A stretch of 63,528 nt of DNA from Psammoneis japonica (taxonomy: Eukaryota), in NCBI GenBank assembly GCA_008632985.1, contig QPGO01000009.1, positions 744,001 to 807,528 on the forward strand, written 5' to 3'. Positions 62,101 through 63,528 of this stretch are shown here, piece after piece. The notes below the pieces were generated by a model that made no database searches, had not been told where the DNA came from, and was given only the letters and a program-made list of their open reading frames with translations. A program made the position numbers and the translations under genes. Within the stretch, counting starts at the first letter, position 1. Every line of letters begins with the position of its first letter.

Positions 62101-63528
62101 TCCCTCCAGCTCTAGAAGACCTCGAGTCCCACTTCGACACCTGTGATTCAGAGGAAGCCCTCGGCCCGCTCCCGACCGAGCCGAGCCACTGCTTTGACAC
62201 GGTTGAGGAGCTCTCTCCGGACTATTTTCGTTTCGACGAGCTGTCCACCAAGTTTGGTTTCGTGGACACCACTCCATGGCAAGACCCTGTGAAGCTTCTC
62301 CAGGCAGCTGCTGACGGAACCGAAGCCCATCCCACTCATACCTCTGTGCAGGTGTTGACGGGCCAACGTTCTTCAGCACAACTCGCCGCCGACCCGCAAG
62401 CTTTGCTGAGTCTAGCACATGAGCGCCACACCGTCACATGCGACACTGGCGCATCCTCAGCCATTGCTTACGATGAAAACGACTTTATCGGACCTCTGAC
62501 GATCCCTGATGGCCCATTGAAGCTTGGGGGTCTAGCAAATGGCTTAACCATCGCCGGCATCGGACCCGTCTCCTGGGTTTTCCATGACGAGGACGGCTCT
62601 GAGCTCGTCGTCAAGACGATGGCGTGCCATGTACCTCAGGCCGGACAACGTCTTCTATCCCCACAACGCCTCTACAGCAAGGAACATGGCGTGACAGGAA
62701 AACATGAGGGAGACGAGGACTCATTTCGAGTGCATGTTGATGGCGTCGGTTCGCTCAAGGTCGCGTGCGCGTCAAATCACTTGCCGGTTGCGTCTGTGAC
62801 CAACGGGGTGGCACCCGCTCCTCAAGTCAATCTGTCTGTGTTGCACGAGGACAACCAGAACCTCACCACCGGTCAGAAGCTCCTTCAAGAATGGCACTTC
62901 AGGTTTGGTCACCTGAACATGCCACGCATCCAAGGCCTGCTTCGGGCCGAACCTTTTCTCCGACCCAAATTCAAGCATGCTTCGCGTTGCGACATTCCGC
63001 GGTGCGAGGTGTGCGAACATGCCAAAGGACATCGCCGAACCCTCAAGTCTGCCAAACATGCGGCTACTCCAGAGCGTGAGGGTGCTCTTCGAGCCGAGCA
63101 TCTACGTCCAGGCCAAGCCGTCAGCGTGGATCACTTCGAATCCCGTCTCCTCGGCCGAACCTGCGACTCCTGCGGGAAGGCCTCGTCCCAGCAATGCAAA
63201 GGAGGCTGCATTTTTGTGGATCATGCCTCCGGTTACCTGCGTGTTGAACACCAACTCGGTTTCTCTGCTGTGGAAACGGTGCGAGCGAAGCAAGCGTTTG
63301 AAAAGCACGCGATGGACCACGGCGTCATCATCCAGGAATTTCTTGCCGATTCTGGCGCTTTCAAGGCCAACACTTTTGTGCAACACATGCGACAGCACGA
63401 ACAACGTCTACGTTTTTGCGGAACCAACGCCCACCATCAGAACGGCATCGCAGAACGCGGCATTCGCTCCGTCTCCAACATGGCGAGAGCGATGCTCCTC
63501 CACGCATCCATCCGTTGGAAGGGGGGCA
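59170..63528 (+). mobile_element. Ty1/copia LTR retrotransposon (CoDi-like), 5' part; runs off the window end
   Basis: gag-PR-IN order. The 5' LTR at roughly 59170-59480 is inferred only, because the second LTR lies outside the window. Confidence 0.88.
59656..63528 (+). CDS. Copia gag-pol polyprotein (partial; missing from the ORF track because it has no stop in the window)
   Basis: One frame appears open from 59679 to the end; the ATG at 59656 joins it via a 1-nt shift near 59740. Motifs: CCGCGKVGHTKRTC knuckle, CDTGAS protease, WHFRFGH, VSVDHFES, IFVDHASG and AHHQNGIAER integrase. Confidence 0.88.

Overview
Eukaryotic nuclear DNA, most likely a diatom. This is inferred from the CoDi-type copia integrase, the diatom-style Pro-stalk/LRR membrane proteins and short GT-AG introns. 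The window holds a complete Ty3/gypsy element (1369-6544; 379-bp LTRs, CGTG target-site duplication), the 5' part of a Ty1/copia element (about 59.2 kb to the window end), a decayed CRE-like non-LTR retroelement (about 34.8-37.6 kb) and other decayed repeats. It also holds two segmental duplications, a TIR-ankyrin gene with a TIR-less sister copy, one intact and two broken LRR genes, a DHHC palmitoyltransferase, an SRPBCC gene/pseudogene pair, a TPR/SAM-methyltransferase-like gene and a Myb pseudogene. The main finding is a domain-restricted hypermutation of transposon DNA that converts TpA to TpG/CpA (A:T to G:C, the reverse of fungal RIP). It is visible between the two gypsy LTRs and between duplicated segments, turns conserved Tyr into Cys/His (RT Y-x-DD reads HVDD), precedes CpG loss, and fades as a gradient into neighbouring DNA. 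All counts were made by eye and no database searches were run. Several single-base frameshifts may be assembly errors.
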